A DNA stretch of 64,000 nucleotides from Candidatus Bathyarchaeota archaeon (GTDB taxonomy: Archaea; Thermoproteota; Bathyarchaeia; Bathyarchaeales; Bathycorpusculaceae), in NCBI GenBank assembly GCA_963739305.1, contig CAVTZU010000018.1, positions 64,001-128,000 of the forward strand, given 5' to 3'. Shown in pieces: positions 21,208-31,005 of this stretch. Both the position numbers and the translations under genes were made by a program. The notes beneath the pieces were generated by a model. That model did not search any database. It was not told the DNA's origin and saw nothing but the letters and a program-made list of their open reading frames with translations. The first letter of the stretch is position 1; every line of letters starts with the position of its first letter.

Positions 21208-22326
21208 TCATTGAACTTGCATCAGTCTCCATTCTCTGTAGTCTGTTATGACTCTAAGGTATCCTTTGAGTTTTTTATCAATTTCAGTGTTGCCCGTGTC
21301 GACTCTTAGAACGTTTCCGTGAATGTTCTGTATTTTAGTTTTTGTTGCTGCAACGATAATGTGGTCCTTTTCGATGCGCTTCAGTATCTCTGGACTTATC
21401 TGTTGGTTGCCTCTTCCAAGCAAGATTCCTTGTCGTCCAATAGGCGAAACCACGAGCCACGCGTTTTTCCAATCTTTCACTTCTTTCAATGTTGTTTCTT
21501 CATTGACGTCACGAGTCATTTTTCCGTCGTGGTAAATGTCGACGCCTAGTGTAGTCTTTTCGACGCCCAGCAATTCCGCAACGTGTTTCATGGTTGTTCC
21601 AGGTCCGAGAATCCATGTTGCATTTTTCGGAACTTGTTCCAAAATGAATCGACCTATTGCTTTCTGGTTCTCGATTTCGTCATCGCTTTCTGGGCTCACT
21701 TGTTTGCTTCCTTGGACGTGTGTTGGAAGGAATGGTCCTTTTAGAAATCCATGAAGAACCACTGCGAATACATCGTTTCGTATTGCTTTTTCATCAGAAT
21801 CCATGATTTCCAAGTCAGTGATTTGTGCTTGTCCTCGGGAACAGGCTAGAACTACTTCAACAGCATCTAAGGGGTTCACGGCAAAGATGCCGCTGTACAT
21901 CTTCACGCCTGAAGGAACGCCGATCACAGGAAGTTGACCGCTTTTCTGCATTACGTCATAAATGTCCCTGGCAGTGCCGTCACCACCTACGAAGACTATC
22001 AAATCGACTTTGGCTGCAGTCAGAAGAACCACCGCGGTCTTCGTGTCGCTTGCGGTTGTCTCTTCTTTAGTTTTCATCGGCAGAACCTTGACTGGAAAGC
22101 CAGACTGTGCTGCCTCTTCTTCACCCATTTTTCCTGGGCAAGTGAGTATTTCAATAGTTTCGTTCGTAATGTTCCGCTTCAAGCCCCTTAGGAATTCTAC
22201 TGCCCTGTTTGGGGCCACGGGTTGGGCTCCTCTGGCTATTGCTTCTTTCAGCACGTTGTCCGTTCCCTTCAAGCCGACTTTGCCGCCCATACCCGCGATT
22301 GGGTTGACGATGAAGCCGATAATCAT
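21208..22326 (-). CDS. ATP-NAD kinase family protein
   Basis: NPIAGMGGKVGLKGTD, GGDGTARD, GVKMYSG, GRGNQQIS. Confidence 0.88.
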   Translation of the reverse strand: MIIGFIVNPIAGMGGKVGLKGTDNVLKEAIARGAQPVAPNRAVEFLRGLKRNITNETIEILTCPGKMGEEEAAQSGFPVKVLPMKTKEETTASDTKTAVVLLTAAKVDLIVFVGGDGTARDIYDVMQKSGQLPVIGVPSGVKMYSGIFAVNPLDAVEVVLACSRGQAQITDLEIMDSDEKAIRNDVFAVVLHGFLKGPFLPTHVQGSKQVSPESDDEIENQKAIGRFILEQVPKNATWILGPGTTMKHVAELLGVEKTTLGVDIYHDGKMTRDVNEETTLKEVKDWKNAWLVVSPIGRQGILLGRGNQQISPEILKRIEKDHIIVAATKTKIQNIHGNVLRVDTGNTEIDKKLKGYLRVITDYREWRLMQVQ

Positions 22327-22469
22327 TGTTTTCACTAGCAAGATTTGCTGGGTAAGCTATAAACCATTTTTGAAGCTGATCCAAAGGAGAACAACATAAG
22401 ATTCGTTTCCAAACCTGAAAAATCTTATATTCCGAATTCTCAGACCCATGCCTAAATAGGAGATGATGA

Positions 22470-23450
22470 TTGGTGCCTCCGAAAAAGATGGGCAAAATTC
22501 TTGTAACTGGCTCCACTGGCCAGATTGGTTCCGAACTCACGTTGGCTTTGCGGAAAAAGTATGGCGGTGACAATGTCGTCGCGGTTGGGCATCAGAGAAA
22601 GCCCAGCGATAAACTGTTGAATTCCGGGCCTTTTGAAACCGTTGACGTCGGCAAAAAAGAAAGCATTGCGCGGGTTATCGAGAAACATGGCATCGACACG
22701 ATTTATCATTTGGCGGCTCTTCTTTCCGCAACTGGAGAGCAGAACCCTCAGCTTGCCTGGAATCTCAACATGGGGAGCCTTTACAACGTTCTTGAACTCG
22801 CAAGGGAACGTGGGTTGACTCGAGTTTTCTGGCCGAGCTCAATCGCAGTCTTTGGACCCACCACTCCTCGGGACAAGACCCCACAGGAGACAGTCATGCT
22901 GCCTGGAACGATGTACGGAGTAACGAAAGTGGCTGGTGAGCTTCTTTGCAACTATTACTCGGTCAAATATGGTGTCGATGTGCGTGGTCTAAGATATCCT
23001 GGCATTATTAGCAGTGAGACTCCTCCTGGCGGGGGCACGACGGATTATGCCGTTGAGATATATTATGAAGCTATCAGGAAAAAGCGGTACACGTGTTTTG
23101 TAAGAGAAGACACGGTGTTACCGATGATGTATATGCCCGATTGTCTCAAATCTACGATAGATTTGATGGAAGCTGACCCATCGAAAGTCAAGAGGCACGA
23201 CAGCTATAACGTTGCAGGAATGAGCTTTTCAGCGGGAGAACTCGCTGCAGAAATCAGGAAACATATTCCGGAGTTCAAGTGCGACTACAAACCCGATTTC
23301 AGGCAGAAGATTGCAGATTCATGGCCCATGTCGATCGATGACACTCAAGCGCGCAAGGACTGGGATTGGAAGCCCACTTATGATTTGGCCGCGATGACAA
23401 AGGACATGATTCAGAAACTGTCGAAGAGATTTGCTGAGGGAAAGCTCTAG
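22470..23450 (+). CDS. L-threonine 3-dehydrogenase (extended SDR type)
   Basis: TGSTGQIG, HLAALLSATGE, YGVTK, PGGGTTDYA, ADSWP; adjacent to kbl. Confidence 0.88.
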   Translation: MVPPKKMGKILVTGSTGQIGSELTLALRKKYGGDNVVAVGHQRKPSDKLLNSGPFETVDVGKKESIARVIEKHGIDTIYHLAALLSATGEQNPQLAWNLNMGSLYNVLELARERGLTRVFWPSSIAVFGPTTPRDKTPQETVMLPGTMYGVTKVAGELLCNYYSVKYGVDVRGLRYPGIISSETPPGGGTTDYAVEIYYEAIRKKRYTCFVREDTVLPMMYMPDCLKSTIDLMEADPSKVKRHDSYNVAGMSFSAGELAAEIRKHIPEFKCDYKPDFRQKIADSWPMSIDDTQARKDWDWKPTYDLAAMTKDMIQKLSKRFAEGKL

Positions 23451-23520
23451 AATCAAGCTAAGGAGCAAGAAAGAGTTAAGAGAAAGGGCGTAAGAATAGA
23501 GCCAAAAGGAGTATGGCAAA

Positions 23521-24714
23521 GTGAGAAACCCCACTTCATTCTTGCGAGAAGAATACGAAGCCTTAGTGAAGAGCGAGCTTGACTGGAGAATCCGCGTGTT
23601 GCAGGGTCCGAGCACTCCCTGGTGCAACGTTGACGGCAAGAAGGTCTTGATGTTCTGCTCGAACAATTACCTAAGCCTCAGCAACCATCCGAAATTGAAA
23701 GAAGCGGCGATCAAAGCCGTTCAGACCCACGGTGCAGGTTCAGGTTCAGTTCGTCCCATCGCCGGAACAATGGACATCCACATTGAACTTGAGAAACGAC
23801 TTGCAAAGTTCAAGCATGCAGAGGCTTCACTGGTTTATCAAACAGGCTTTGCGGCGAACGCAGGACTCATCCCTCAACTTGTGGGAAAAGAGGACCTGAT
23901 CATAAGCGATGAGCTTAACCACGGCAGCATCATCGACGGCGTACGGCTAGCTCACGGTGAACGAGCGGTCTACAAACACTCAGACATGGCAGATTTGGAT
24001 CGCGTCTTGAAAGAAGCAGAAAAGCACAACCCGCCTTATAGGCGAATTCTGATAATCACTGATGGTGTTTTCTCGATGGACGGAGACATTGCTCCGCTTG
24101 ATCAAGTAGCAAAACTCGGCGCTGAACACGGATGCATGGTGTACGTTGACGATGCTCACGGCGAGGGAGTCCTCGGCGAGGGCGGAAGAGGCATCGTTTC
24201 ACACTTCAAGCTCACACGAGACAAAGTGCAAGTTGAAATGGGCACTTTTTCGAAAGCCTTCGGAGTCGTGGGAGGCCACGTTTCAGGCTCCAAAGATCTG
24301 GTCAACTTTGCTTATAACAAGTCGCGCACTTGGCTTCTGAGTGGGTCACACCCCCCTGCAGTTGCCGCGGCTTGCACGGCAGCCATAGACGTTCTGGAAA
24401 ATGAACCTCAACACGTGAAGACGCTGTGGGATCACACTCGCTACTTCAAGAAAGTAATGAAAGACTTAGGCTTCAACATCGGCAACAGCGAAACCCCAAT
24501 CACACCCGTAATCGTGGGTGAAAGCGGCATAGCCAAGAAACTGAGCGCAAGACTCTTCGAGGAAGGAGTGTTCGCGTTACCGATCGTGTTTCCAATGGTA
24601 GCCAGGGACAAGGCCAGAATCAGAACGATAATGAACGCTGCCTTAACCAGAAAAGACTTGGACTTCGCCATAAGCGCTTTCGAAAAGATTGGAAAAGAGC
24701 TACACATAATCTAG
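23521..24714 (+). CDS. kbl: Glycine C-acetyltransferase (2-amino-3-ketobutyrate CoA ligase)
   Basis: SNNYL, SDELNHGSIIDG, TDGVFSMDGD, DDAHG, GTFSKA. Confidence 0.88.
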   Translation: MRNPTSFLREEYEALVKSELDWRIRVLQGPSTPWCNVDGKKVLMFCSNNYLSLSNHPKLKEAAIKAVQTHGAGSGSVRPIAGTMDIHIELEKRLAKFKHAEASLVYQTGFAANAGLIPQLVGKEDLIISDELNHGSIIDGVRLAHGERAVYKHSDMADLDRVLKEAEKHNPPYRRILIITDGVFSMDGDIAPLDQVAKLGAEHGCMVYVDDAHGEGVLGEGGRGIVSHFKLTRDKVQVEMGTFSKAFGVVGGHVSGSKDLVNFAYNKSRTWLLSGSHPPAVAAACTAAIDVLENEPQHVKTLWDHTRYFKKVMKDLGFNIGNSETPITPVIVGESGIAKKLSARLFEEGVFALPIVFPMVARDKARIRTIMNAALTRKDLDFAISAFEKIGKELHII

Positions 24715-24854
24715 ACTGAAATCCAATCCTCTTAGCTTTTCTACCAATCTCAGCTGTCATTTGATGCTTCAAAAGGATCCCAGAAACAAGACGAAACAAT
24801 GGTGAAGAAACTACCGGCCGAGTTCAAAGCTTCACTTCCCATATGAGACACAAA

Positions 24855-24970
24855 GAGTCAACATGGCTTTCAGCAACTTTTCCACCTAAAGAACTGGCTT
24901 CACCGCCGTTCAAAGCCATTCCAAAGGTACTCCGCACGAAAAAAAGGTAGGGGGGTAGGGTGTTTTAGAG
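24855..24970 (+). repeat. 116-bp intergenic element, copy 1 (8-bp inverted repeat, A7, G-tract)
   Basis: Aligns without gaps to the reverse complement of 45683-45798 with 11 mismatches. Confidence 0.92.
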
Positions 24971-25013
24971 CTGTTTATCACTCATAATCCATGTTGAGTA
25001 GGCCCTTTTTAGC

Positions 25014-26888
25014 TTAAGCCTGTCTCTTCCTCACTTTTTCCAACGCTTTATCAACGTCTCTTAACCCTAGCTTCACCAGCATCTCCGAAGACGGCACACC
25101 GTTCCTGTCCCAACCCACAGCTCTATAGTACCTGTGCTTGTACTTCTCCACCGCCTTCCTGTCCGTCGTCTTACCCTTCTCAGGCCCAGAAGGCAAGGGC
25201 TCATAAAACCTCGGCGGGTTAACATCATCAACCCTCGAATCCCACGTGACATCCGGACCGCCCAGCAGCAACAACGCTCTCTGAAGCTGCAGCGTCTTCA
25301 ACCCCCTCATATTGCACCACTCCTTCCGAGTCAACCTCACCCCGGTCACGGCAAAATAGAAATCAAAAATCGCGTTCCTCGAACCCGAAAAACTGTTGAA
25401 GCTACAGAAAACACCCGAATCATTCAATATCTCCATCAACTCGCTCCTGTCCAAGGGCAACCCGGTTAACGACGTGTGATCCCCACCCTGCACTCCGCAC
25501 GCGTAAGAAACTATCTCAGGAAAATCCTTCCCGCTCCGCGTCCCATGCGCACCGATGCTTATCCCCTTAGAATGCACGACGTACGGCAACAAATTCATCT
25601 TCTTCATCTCCCCAAGCTTCAGTGCCGCACGATACGTTCCCTCAGCCAACACGTCCCCTATACCTTGCCTGAAAGCGATCTTCTTCGCCAGGGCAGCAAA
25701 CGCATCAGTATTGCCCCACTCAAGCCTCAACCCATCAACGTCTTTCTCCTTCAATATTCCCCGTTGAAAAAGCTCAGCTGCAAACCCCATCACACTGCCC
25801 GTTTGAATACCACACAGCCCCAGGTCATCAACCAGAGACGTCAAATACACGTTGTCCTCAGGAACAAAAATGCCCAAGTTAGCCCCCAAATACGCCTGCA
25901 TCTCATAATCCGGGTTATCCGTTATCGCACCCTTGTACTTCCCACTGTTTACAACAGCAAGCTTCAAACAAGTGGTCGGACAACCAAAATCCCCCCAGTA
26001 CTGCTTCATCCAAAAGCGATTCTCAAACTTGTCAACTCCATAACCCCTCTCATCATGCCACTCCTCTTGCCAATTCCGCACCGGCTCCGAACTGCTATTA
26101 GCCCCAAAAGAATAACCGCCGCCACCTGTTCCCCAACGCCTCCACATCTCACTCTCATACACTCCCCTGCACACGCTCTTGATCAACCTCTTAACCTTCC
26201 CCATGTCCGCCGCTTCAGGCAAAGGACCCGTCCCCTTAACCACCACAGCCTTCAATCGTTTAGAACCCATAACCGCCCCATAACCACCGTAACCCGCAGC
26301 ATGCGACCACTTCGTCATAACGACAGCCGTACGCACCTTGTTCTCACCCGCAGGACCAACGTAAAGCATCGCCGGTTCCTTCCACTCTCCAAATCGCTTG
26401 TACCGCTCGTTCAGAAGCCCCCTGCACTCCTTCGTCAAGACGGCAACGGTCTGCTTCCCATCGTTCCCCCAAACATGACTCGCATCCCGAAGCTCAACGT
26501 CAGAATCCTTAACCATCAAATAAACAGGCTTTTCCGACTCACCGCTAACGATCACGCCGTCATAACCAGCACACCTCAACTCAACACCAAACTCGCCGGA
26601 AAGAGTGGAACCAACAACACCATTGCTCTGCGGAGACTTACCAGACACGCAGGTTCTACCGCCAGGGAAGTAACCCGTGAGCGGCCCAGTCAAGAATAGT
26701 AGAACATTCTCAGGCCCAAGAGGGTCCACTTTCTCCCATCTACTACCCAACCTGTCCCACAGGATCTTTGTGGCTAACCCTCTGCCCCCAACATAATCCC
26801 TCAAGACCTCGTCCTTAAACCTCGTCTCCTTAATCGCTCCATAAGCAAGGTCCACATCAAGAAACTTGCCAGCATAACCACGAATCAC
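25014..26888 (-). CDS. Tungsten aldehyde:ferredoxin oxidoreductase family (WOR5-like large subunit)
   Basis: GYAGKFLDVDL, KSPQ, GYGAVMGSKRLKA, GCPTTC, DDLGLCGI, YYRAVGWD; coupled to a polyferredoxin gene. Confidence 0.88.
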   Translation of the reverse strand: MIRGYAGKFLDVDLAYGAIKETRFKDEVLRDYVGGRGLATKILWDRLGSRWEKVDPLGPENVLLFLTGPLTGYFPGGRTCVSGKSPQSNGVVGSTLSGEFGVELRCAGYDGVIVSGESEKPVYLMVKDSDVELRDASHVWGNDGKQTVAVLTKECRGLLNERYKRFGEWKEPAMLYVGPAGENKVRTAVVMTKWSHAAGYGGYGAVMGSKRLKAVVVKGTGPLPEAADMGKVKRLIKSVCRGVYESEMWRRWGTGGGGYSFGANSSSEPVRNWQEEWHDERGYGVDKFENRFWMKQYWGDFGCPTTCLKLAVVNSGKYKGAITDNPDYEMQAYLGANLGIFVPEDNVYLTSLVDDLGLCGIQTGSVMGFAAELFQRGILKEKDVDGLRLEWGNTDAFAALAKKIAFRQGIGDVLAEGTYRAALKLGEMKKMNLLPYVVHSKGISIGAHGTRSGKDFPEIVSYACGVQGGDHTSLTGLPLDRSELMEILNDSGVFCSFNSFSGSRNAIFDFYFAVTGVRLTRKEWCNMRGLKTLQLQRALLLLGGPDVTWDSRVDDVNPPRFYEPLPSGPEKGKTTDRKAVEKYKHRYYRAVGWDRNGVPSSEMLVKLGLRDVDKALEKVRKRQA

Positions 26889-27415
26889 AGATACTCCTCC
26901 CCCTGATCGCCGTAGAACCTCGCAGCCAAATCCCTCGTCACCTCATCCGGCTTACGAGCATACAGCCGATACGACGTCTCATCCCGTCTTTCCACGACTC
27001 GTAACACGTTCCAACTGCCCTCTCGACAAACTTTTACACACTGCGGATCACCACCACAAAGATCACATATGACAATATGCTTCTCCTTCGGATGCATATG
27101 CGGAATCCTGCCAGGACAAGCATCAATACACTTGCCACAGGCAATACACTTTTCATTATTCACCAGCACGGCAGCCGTCCTCTTGCTAACAGACAAGGCC
27201 TCAACAGGACACGACTTCACACACGGATAATCTTCACACTGCGTACAAAAGTGAGGAAACTCAAGCCCCGGAACCAACATGAAAACCCTTATCATCGACG
27301 CGTCAGGCCACACACGGTTCTCATGATACAACGAACAAGCTATCTCGCACTTTCTGCAGCCGCTGCACCTGGCCAACTCTCTCGCTATCCAAATGGCCTC
27401 TCTCTTCGCCGTCAA
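26885..27415 (-). CDS. 4Fe-4S dicluster / polyferredoxin small subunit
   Basis: CSGCRKCEIAC, CTQCEDYPCVKSCP, CIACGKCIDACP, CDLCGGDPQCVKVC. Confidence 0.92.
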   Translation of the reverse strand: MTAKREAIWIARELARCSGCRKCEIACSLYHENRVWPDASMIRVFMLVPGLEFPHFCTQCEDYPCVKSCPVEALSVSKRTAAVLVNNEKCIACGKCIDACPGRIPHMHPKEKHIVICDLCGGDPQCVKVCREGSWNVLRVVERRDETSYRLYARKPDEVTRDLAARFYGDQGEEYL

Positions 27416-27539
27416 CGCTCAAACCCCCGAACGTTCAGCTTTTTCTAACATACCCTCTGATTTAAGTTTGATGCCCACGAATTCATTCTGAAGAGTTTCT
27501 AGCTGAAGAGACGTTACCTAAACGATTCGAGCTTATTAG

Positions 27540-28157
27540 TTGGGTTTGTTAACAAAAGGTTCGGGGCGCACCGGACTGGAGTACATTCTCGAAGTTCTAA
27601 CCATTCTCACAACGTCCTTCTTACTCAACATAATACCTTTTGCCGGACCATCAAACCTCTTCATAGCCTCAAGCGCAGCTGCCGTAACCAACGCTGAACC
27701 CTTCACAATCGGATTGGCTGTGGCGTTCGGATCAGCCTCAGCAAAGTTCATTCATTACATCGTAACATTCTTTGCGGGAAAATACATCGGTAAAGAACGA
27801 AGAAAACGATTGGACGCAGCAGCCCTAAAACTAAGAAAATGGGCTATGCCTGCTCTCTTCATAGTTGCTGCAACGCCCCTCCCAGATGAACCTGTGATCA
27901 TACCGCTTGGTCTTCTGAGATACAACCCTGGGAAACTCTTCTTGGCCTATTTCGCGGGCAAACTGCTCGTAGGAGTCGTCGGTGCCTACCTCGGAAAATT
28001 TGCACACGAAATGTTCAGGCCAATCATAAGCGATGAAGCCTTAATAATCATCTCCATCGCAGCCACAATCATAGTGACAATCATACTGCTAAAGATCGAC
28101 GTCACAAAACTGGCTGAAAGGATACTTAAAAGGAAAATAGAAACAATACCAGAATAG
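27540..28157 (+). CDS. VTT/DedA-like membrane protein
   Basis: LLNIIPFAGP, AATPLPDEPVIIPLGLLRY, FAGK; hydrophobic; start uncertain. Confidence 0.75.
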   Translation: MGLLTKGSGRTGLEYILEVLTILTTSFLLNIIPFAGPSNLFIASSAAAVTNAEPFTIGLAVAFGSASAKFIHYIVTFFAGKYIGKERRKRLDAAALKLRKWAMPALFIVAATPLPDEPVIIPLGLLRYNPGKLFLAYFAGKLLVGVVGAYLGKFAHEMFRPIISDEALIIISIAATIIVTIILLKIDVTKLAERILKRKIETIPE

Positions 28158-28166
28158 GTGGGATAA

Positions 28167-29456
28167 ATGAGAATAATAGCTGATCTGCACATACACGGAC
28201 CCTACAGTCGAGGTACCAGTGAACGAATGTGCCTCGAAGAAATCGCTCGATTCGCCAGAATCAAGGGCTTGTCTATCATTGGAACAGGAGACTTCACTCA
28301 CCCTAAATGGTATAATGAACTGAAAAACAAGCTTGTCCTGGACCCCGAAACAAGTCTCTACAGACTCAGCGTTGACCCTGCAACGCCCATCCGCTTCATG
28401 ATAACAACAGAAGTCAACACGGCCTTCTCCCATAACAACGAACTAAAAAAAGTCCACCACGTCATCCTCACGCCAAACCTTGAAACCGCAGATCAAATCA
28501 ACTACAGACTGTCCAAATACGGAAATCTACAGGCAGACGGACGGCCAACACTGAACGTTACGCCGCCTACGCTGGTTGAAGAAGTCATGGAAACGTCAAA
28601 GGACAACATGATATTTCCAGCTCACGCATGGACCCCCTGGTTCAGCATATTCGGTGCCTTCAGCGGGTTCGACGGCGTTGAAGATTGCTATGAAGACATG
28701 ACCAAACACATCCACGCTTTGGAGACTGGTCTCTCGTCAGATCCACCTATGAACTGGCGTGTCAGCAAACTCGATAAGTTCACTCTTGTCTCAAACAGCG
28801 ACAGTCACAGTTTCTGGCCTTGGCGCATCGGCAGAGAGGCTAACGTGTTCGAACTGAAAAAACCCACATACGGGGAAATCATTGAGTCCATTCGAATGAA
28901 GGACAGTAGCCGCTTCAAATTCACGATAGAAACAGATCCGGCTTATGGCAAGTACCATTGGACTGGACACAGAAACTGCAATGTCGCCCTTTCAGCCAAA
29001 GATGCAATGAAGTTCGCCAACATTTGTCCCGTCTGCCGCAGAAGGCTCACAAAAGGCGTCGAACAGCGAGTCGAAGAACTCGCTGATCGCCCCAACGACT
29101 ACAGACCCAACAACACGATTGGTTGCATGCATCTCCTGCCGCTATCGGAGATCATTGCAGCAGTTCAGGGAAGCGATTCTCCCTCAACTCAAAAAATCTG
29201 GAACTTATATAATTCGCTGATCCAAAAGTTTGGTGACGAATATAGGGTCCTGATTGACGCGCCAAAAGAAGCAATAAGCTCCATTGTAGACGAGTGTATC
29301 GCCGAGACAATCCTCAGGGTTCGACAACGAACAGCCGAGGTTATCCCGGGGTATGATGGCGTCTACGGAAAACTTGTCGTTCCATCGCAATTCGCTCAAC
29401 CCAAAACTGTTTCCCGAAGAGTACAACAGTTAAACCTTACCGACTTCGCTTCGTAG
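28167..29456 (+). CDS. Endonuclease Q family (PHP domain)
   Basis: ADLHIH, GTGDFTHP, PAHAWTPW, ETGLSSD, SNSDSHS, GKYHWTGHRNC, CPVC, PGYDGVYG. Confidence 0.9.
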   Translation: MRIIADLHIHGPYSRGTSERMCLEEIARFARIKGLSIIGTGDFTHPKWYNELKNKLVLDPETSLYRLSVDPATPIRFMITTEVNTAFSHNNELKKVHHVILTPNLETADQINYRLSKYGNLQADGRPTLNVTPPTLVEEVMETSKDNMIFPAHAWTPWFSIFGAFSGFDGVEDCYEDMTKHIHALETGLSSDPPMNWRVSKLDKFTLVSNSDSHSFWPWRIGREANVFELKKPTYGEIIESIRMKDSSRFKFTIETDPAYGKYHWTGHRNCNVALSAKDAMKFANICPVCRRRLTKGVEQRVEELADRPNDYRPNNTIGCMHLLPLSEIIAAVQGSDSPSTQKIWNLYNSLIQKFGDEYRVLIDAPKEAISSIVDECIAETILRVRQRTAEVIPGYDGVYGKLVVPSQFAQPKTVSRRVQQLNLTDFAS

Positions 29457-29547
29457 CCTCTTCATCATGCCTTTTCTGTATACCTGCTATGCAAGTGTAC
29501 AAGAACGCTTATTAAGTCGTGATAAACCAGATAGTCTCGGTAATCCG

Positions 29548-29874
29548 ATGCAGCAATCAAAAGCCACAGACGACAAAGTCACGAAAATCATCGATCACGT
29601 TCTAACCCAGATATTTGGAAAAGAAGCTTCGGCTCTCATCTACAAACACCTCGAGCGCAAATACTCGGTCAAGCGTTCCGAAGTCGGAGACAAACTCGAA
29701 CTCTTCGCAGAAGGTCTTGAGGATTTTCTGAAGTCCGGTGCCTACGTCATTGAGAGGAAAATACTAGAAGACATCTGGTCAAACTATGGTGCCGTTCAGA
29801 GACTTCAAATGGAAAAACCGAGACGTGAAGGAAGTTTTGCAAGTGAAGTTAAAGTTCTTTTGAGGGAAGCATAA
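29548..29874 (+). CDS. Hypothetical protein (small helical, DUF3227-like)
   Basis: IDHVLTQIFG...IYKHLE...FAEGLEDFL.SGAYVIERKIL pattern; ATG at 29548. Confidence 0.6.
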   Translation: MQQSKATDDKVTKIIDHVLTQIFGKEASALIYKHLERKYSVKRSEVGDKLELFAEGLEDFLKSGAYVIERKILEDIWSNYGAVQRLQMEKPRREGSFASEVKVLLREA

Positions 29875-30029
29875 CTAAACCTCTCGTTTTACGAGACAAG
29901 TTACATCAACATTATGTCTTCCTAGTTTTCATTTGCACAATGAACTTCCCGACAGACTACTCATTGGATAGTGATTGCAGAAAACCTTAAACTTATCGGA
30001 AAACAAATAACTCGGGCCTTTATTACAGC

Positions 30030-30989
30030 ATGGAGAAGGCGCAAAGCTTGGGTGCGAAAGGAATCAAGGAAGCATTGCTGAAGTACAATACACCTCGGAG
30101 AATAGTCCAACTGCTATCATTCATCTTATTCAGCGCAATTATCTTCAATCTCGGCGTGTTACCACTTCTGTTTCCTGTCCTTTGGACGTGGGGTCTCAGG
30201 ACGAACACAGTTGGAGATGCCTTCACGGCAATTCAATTCATGTTCAGCGGATGGAACTCTGCCTTCGTTTTGTTTCCTTGGATAGCACTCGCTTCATTTC
30301 TAATAGTCGGCGTACTTGTCGGCAAGTCACTCTGTGGGTGGGTGTGCCCTTTCGGTTTTGTTCAAGATTTAGTCGGCTATGTCCGTCGGAAGCAGACTGA
30401 CCTGTCAGCTCGTACACACGACACTTTAGTCTATGGGAAATATGTTGTTTTAGCCATCGCCCTGTTTATCAGTGTGACTTACTCGGCTGCAAGGTCAATC
30501 GGTGAAGACGCCGGATACGGACAGGCAATAGGCATTTTCGCTCAGGCTCCATTTACGGCTTTGAGCCCATCAGAAGTTCTATTCTCAACTCTGCCAAAAA
30601 TGGCTCAAGGCTTTCGTTTTTCAGGGTGGGAGAACTTGGGATCAGACCTGTTGTATGGAGTTTCGATTTTGCCACCGCTCTTCTGGGTTCAGTTCGCGAT
30701 AATGGTAATCGTGCTGGTTTTTGCAGTTTATGTTCCTAGAAGTTGGTGCAGGTATCTATGCCCACACGGAGCTTTTATGGCGATAATGAACAGGTTCAGC
30801 TTCGTGGGTTTGCGTCGAGAGCCATTCAAGTGTGAGAAGGGCGCATGCCGTTCGTGTGTTCAGGTGTGCCCGACTCGCGTTCCAATTCTCGATCTTCCAT
30901 GGGAAAAATTCAGTCACCCGGAATGCATCTACTGCATGAAATGCGCGGACGCATGCCCTCACAGCGCAATCAAGCCAACGTATCCTTGA
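30030..30989 (+). CDS. Membrane 4Fe-4S binding protein (NapH/MauN-like)
   Basis: CGWVCPFG, WCRYLCPHG, CRSCVQVCP, CIYCMKCADACP plus TM helices. Confidence 0.88.
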   Translation: MEKAQSLGAKGIKEALLKYNTPRRIVQLLSFILFSAIIFNLGVLPLLFPVLWTWGLRTNTVGDAFTAIQFMFSGWNSAFVLFPWIALASFLIVGVLVGKSLCGWVCPFGFVQDLVGYVRRKQTDLSARTHDTLVYGKYVVLAIALFISVTYSAARSIGEDAGYGQAIGIFAQAPFTALSPSEVLFSTLPKMAQGFRFSGWENLGSDLLYGVSILPPLFWVQFAIMVIVLVFAVYVPRSWCRYLCPHGAFMAIMNRFSFVGLRREPFKCEKGACRSCVQVCPTRVPILDLPWEKFSHPECIYCMKCADACPHSAIKPTYP

Positions 30990-31005
30990 CTTTTTGGCAC
31001 TTTTT

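Noticed and set aside
24855-24970. Repeat as an ORB origin box, CRISPR repeat, tRNA or IS end
   Set aside because: Has a G-string but no clear ORB core and no cdc6/orc1 nearby; not tandem; no cloverleaf; no terminal inverted repeats or transposase.
25476-26699. 407-aa plus-strand ORF antisense to the AOR gene
   Set aside because: Shadow ORF: the local A+C skew depletes stop codons; product is Pro/His/Thr-rich with no motifs.
28167-29456. EndoQ (deaminated-base repair) lying inside a skew tract as a functional link
   Set aside because: Single co-location; no repair gene accompanies the other tracts.
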